Of a stretch of 64,000 bases of DNA, positions 60,166-64,000 are shown in pieces. This DNA comes from Gekko japonicus. Taxonomy: Eukaryota. The translations under genes and the position numbers were made by a program. The notes beneath the pieces are model-generated. The model saw only the letters and a program-made list of their open reading frames with translations. It did not search any database and was not told the DNA's origin. The DNA lies in NCBI RefSeq assembly GCF_001447785.1, contig NW_015170923.1, positions 69,583 through 133,582 of the forward strand, read 5' to 3'. The number at the start of each line of letters is the position of its first letter. Position 1 is the stretch's first letter.

Positions 60166-61369
60166 TACCCACTGCCTAGTTGTCTACCCACTCCTTGGCA
60201 GGCTGAGAAAGTGAAGGGCAACCATGTGGCTCTTTTAGCCTCTAAGCTCTGCAGGGCCTTGTAAGTGTGGGGCCCTTCTGAGACAACAGAGAGCTTCGAA
60301 ACAGGGCTTTCCTGGGGCTTACTTTCCACATACGCCTTTGCTCAAGTGTTGCAAGGCAGAAATGTTTATTTTTGTGAGATCCCCCTCCCCACAAACAGTA
60401 TGCAAGATTCTGGCTGCCAGGTCACCTTCCCAGCGTTCTTTGCACAACCGGCACGAGAACTTAGGTAGGGGAAGGGTGTGCAGTTCATTTACGTGCGAGG
60501 CCCATTCTGTGCAGAGGCCCCTTTCCCCAGGACTTGTCCGGAAGCAAGCCCAGAGTAGGGGGTATCTTCTTCCCAGGTGGATTTGGGAACGCAGCAAGGG
60601 CAGCGGGAAGCCGGAGCTGTCTTTGTGCCCCCCTCACCCGCCTCCTGGTCTCATCCCTGATCTCGATCACGCATCCCTGTGGCTGAATGAAGCTGGCAAG
60701 TAGCAGGTCCTGACCTGCCTCCCCCCTCCCCATGTTTGGTGTGTGGGGGCCACACGTGTTCTGCTCTCATGTACCCTTCTGTCACGTCTGTGGTGTGCAC
60801 TTGGTGATGATCATTGAAAACCCCAGGTAGAAAATGTCCAAGCTGTAAAAATGTTGTAAATCCGAAAGCCAAATGCACCGCTGTGTTTTCATCTGAAATA
60901 GGCAACCCGTGTGTACAGCTGTGATCAAGGACTGTTGCATTTTGTGTTGTGTCCCGAAACCCAAGAGAGAGAAGGCATAAAGTATCATTTCTACTTCACT
61001 GGTTCTGCCTCTTCTTTGCCATGCCTTGCTGGATCTTGGCCAGCGCTCTGCTTTGCTCTGAGGTCGGTGGGGAGCCGAGAGGGGGCCTCTGTTGCGGACG
61101 GGGGCCGGGGGTGGGGGTGGCGCTCAGGAGATGTCTTCTTCAAGGTCTCCTCTGCACAGTTCCCAGCAGAGTCGGGTTCTTCTCCCCATATTGGGCTCCT
61201 GTGTCAAGGCTGGCCTCAACTGGCCCAGCACCCTCCAGGCAAGTCCCAAGTAGCCTGCCTCTAGGCCCGCAACACACATCAGTTCCCCCCAAGCCTGTGT
61301 ACAGTCTTGTGAGTCATGAAAGAAACACGTGAGGTTCTCCCCTTGAAATACTATCAGTAGATCAAGTCA

Positions 61370-64000
61370 CGAGATCTACAGTCAGCTGGGTTCTGAGAGG
61401 GAGCAGGAAAGAGAGCTGCTGGAGTGGAGAGTGGTGTTTCTTGCCTTAACTGCTGGGGAGAATTAGCTGAGGTTACTGTGTGGGAGGACAGTGTTTGAGG
61501 GTGTGTGGATGTGTATAGCCTGCTGGAGAGTGGTGCTTGTTTGAGGAGGCGTGGTTTCTGTTTCTCTTTTGCCTGTGTTGTAGCTGATAGCAGAAGGTGG
61601 TGGTTGTTGATTGGGGAGGGTCTGTTTTGGCTGGGGCTGGCTGCTGGCCCCATCCTCCGCTGGGTGAGCCTTGAACTGTGTAAGGCTCCTCCTTGCCAGC
61701 GGTGCGAGCCTTTGGTGCAAGCCAAAGGGTGGCAGCTCAAGGGATCTTAGCCTGGGGGCCCTGTAAGAAGCTGAGTAGCTCTTGCATCCTCTATGCGTTA
61801 AGGTTTTTTGCTTCTCACAAGTAGTCTTGTGAGGCAGTTTGGCAGAAGAGTTAGCAGGGAAGCCCAAGAAAAAACTGAACTGAACCACTTCTGCAATGGA
61901 TTGCAGCAGTATGGCTGGTGAGGGAGCGGAGGCAGTGACATGCAAAGTCTGTGGCATGTTCATATTTTTACCCGAGGGTAACATCAATTACACTTGCAGC
62001 AGGTGAAAGTTGGTATCCCTACTGGAGGAGAAGATACAGGGACCTGAGGCACACTTGTCCACACTCCGTTTTATAAGGGAAGGTGAAGAGTTCATGGACA
62101 GAACGCATGAAGCACTCTTGAGAGGGCAACTGGAGGATTCCCTACCGAGAGGGGTAGAGGCTAAAGTGTGCCGACCGGACTTGTCGTCTCGAGAGGTATG
62201 CTGTCTACCAGGTGCACACATCCAGGATGCGAAAGAAAGGGCAGGAAGATTAATCAAGCCCACGGAATATTATCCTTTCTTGCTCATCCACGTGGGAACA
62301 AATGATGCCGCCCGGCACAGCCCAGAATATTAAAAGTGACTATGTGACTCTGGGCAAGAAGGTGAAGGACCCGGGAGCACAAGTTGTGTTTTCATCAGTT
62401 CTCCCCGACAAAGGCTGTGGCTTAGGAAGGGAAAGAAGAATGCTGCAAATAAGCGACTGACTACGTTGATGGTGTCATTAGGAAAGGCTTAGTTTTTTGG
62501 ACCATGGCTTACACTTTTGAGATGAGGCTCTTCTATCAGGAGATGGTTTGCACTTAACGAGGGTAGAAAAAATGTGTTTGGTAAGAGCCTTGCAAACCTA
62601 GTAAGGCGGGCTTTAAATTAAATCCTATGGGGGAATGAGAGAAAAATGCAAAGCCTAGTATGATGCCAATAACTGGAGATAAGAACGCTAAAGATTTGCG
62701 GGGAGTGGCACATTTGCTAGGAAACATTAACTTGCAGGTAAGTACAGAAACAAAAACTTAATGGCACCAAAGCCATGGATTCCAGTGCCTCTACACTAAT
62801 GCACAGAGTATGGGAAACAAGCAGGAGGAACTTGAAGTCCTGTTACAGGAAGGGAACTATGACCTTATAGGCATTACTGAAACTTGGTGGAATGACACCC
62901 ACAACTGGAATATTAGTACTGTGGAGGTCAACTTGTTTAAAAGGGACAGACAAATAAGGGGGGAGGAGTGGTGTTATATGTAAAGGGGGGGTATTCACTT
63001 GTGAGGAAATACATGAATCTGAGCATGAAAGTTCAGCTGAGAGTCTCTGAGTAAAAATAAAAGGAGTAAGAAATAATAATGATATTATGGTGGGGGTCTG
63101 CTATAGATCACCAAGCCGGCAAGGGACTTGGATGAGACACTCCTAGACAGGGCTGCTTTTGTAGAAAAAGCCCAGCAGGAACTTATTAGCATAATAGGCC
63201 ACACCCAACAGCAGAAACTCATTAGCATATTAGGCCACACCCCTGACAGTGCATCTCATTAGCATGCTAGGCCACACCCCCATGGCTTCCCTTGGCTTGC
63301 CCGGGCAAGCTGGCCCTTAGACAGGCTGGAGAAGGCATGGGGAGGCATTTAAAGGCCTCCCTGATCCTTCCAGGGGGGCCCCTGGCCCGCCCACCTCGGA
63401 GTCGTGTGGGGGGGGTTCACTCTCCAGGCCTTCCCTCTGTAGCCAGGCACGCAGAGGTTTTGGCTGTAGTGGGCGTGGCCAGCTCTGAAGCCAGCCAGAA
63501 CTCCATTCCTGTGCGTTCCTGCCCAAAAATAGCCCTGCTCCTAGAACAGATTACAAAGTTTTCAAAGAGACAGGACACAGTGAGCATGGGAGATTTCAAT
63601 TACTCGGATATCTGTTGGAAGTCCAACTCTCCTAAAAGTGAAAGGTCCAATAAATCCCTGACTTGTCTTGCTGACAACTTCGCTTTCCAGGAGGTGGAGA
63701 GGGAAACAAGGGGATCTGCTATCCGGGACTTGATTCTCTCCAACAGGGAAGAACTGGTTGACGAGGGGAAAGCAGTTGGCACCCTGGGTCGTAGTGACCA
63801 CGTCATTTTGGAATTTAACGTCTTGGGGAAGGTAAAAGCTGTACATAGTCAGACATATAGGTTGGACCTCAGGAAAGCAAATTTTGACAAACTTAAAGTT
63901 ATGCTGGGGAGACTCACATGGTCAGAAATACTTGAGGAGAAGGGAGTTCAAGAGGGACGGGAGTTTCTTAAAAGTGAAATATTGAAGGCACAGTCACAAA
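61370..64000 (+). mobile_element. CR1 LINE retaining its 5' region: 5' UTR, ORF1 (zinc finger/coiled coil plus SGNH esterase) and ORF2 endonuclease; pseudogenised; runs off the window
   Basis: ORF1 from ATG 61911: AVTCKVCGMF...YTCSR*KL, DSLPRG, REVCCLPGA, LIHVGTND. ORF2 from ~62780: CLYTNAQSMGNKQEELE, IGITETWW, MGDFNY, DLILSN, LGRSDH. The 5' boundary is approximate. Confidence 0.9.
63148..63537. mobile_element. hAT-type MITE (family B-related) inside the CR1 endonuclease
   Basis: TIRs CAGGGCTGCTTTT / AAAAATAGCCCTG; perfect 8-bp TSD CTCCTAGA; three internal ATTAGCAT..AGGCCACACCC repeats. Confidence 0.88.

Noticed and set aside
58216-64000. FXYD2 exons, expected downstream of FXYD6
   Set aside because: No second PFxYD or TM exon was seen within the window.

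Overview
This is GC-rich vertebrate genomic DNA. The repeat content (tRNA-derived and 5S-derived SINEs, CR1, L2, RTE-X, hAT MITEs) points to a squamate reptile, probably a gecko; the species call is inference. There are eight assembly gaps. Two spliced + strand genes can be rebuilt by hand. TMPRSS13 (type II transmembrane serine protease, CDS 6062-28858) has 12 visible coding exons, and a 13th (SRCR) exon is required by phase inside the N gap at 14820-15068. FXYD6 (Na,K-ATPase regulator, CDS 54269-57234) has 6 coding exons and 96 aa, with a probable CpG-island promoter near 35550-36034. The TMPRSS13-FXYD6 order matches human. Nearly all other ORFs in the track are GC-rich noise. The most interesting object is an apparently complete ~1.83-kb antisense retroelement in a TMPRSS13 intron. 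It carries a 5' UTR, an intact 340-aa L1-type ORF1, a poly(A) signal and a target-site duplication (TSD), but no ORF2, so it resembles a HAL1 'half-L1' element, here in a reptile. It sits inside a decayed RTE-X LINE whose own poly(A) signal abuts the first protease exon. Also present are a three-deep nest of hAT MITEs, solo LTRs and a CR1 that retains its 5' end.
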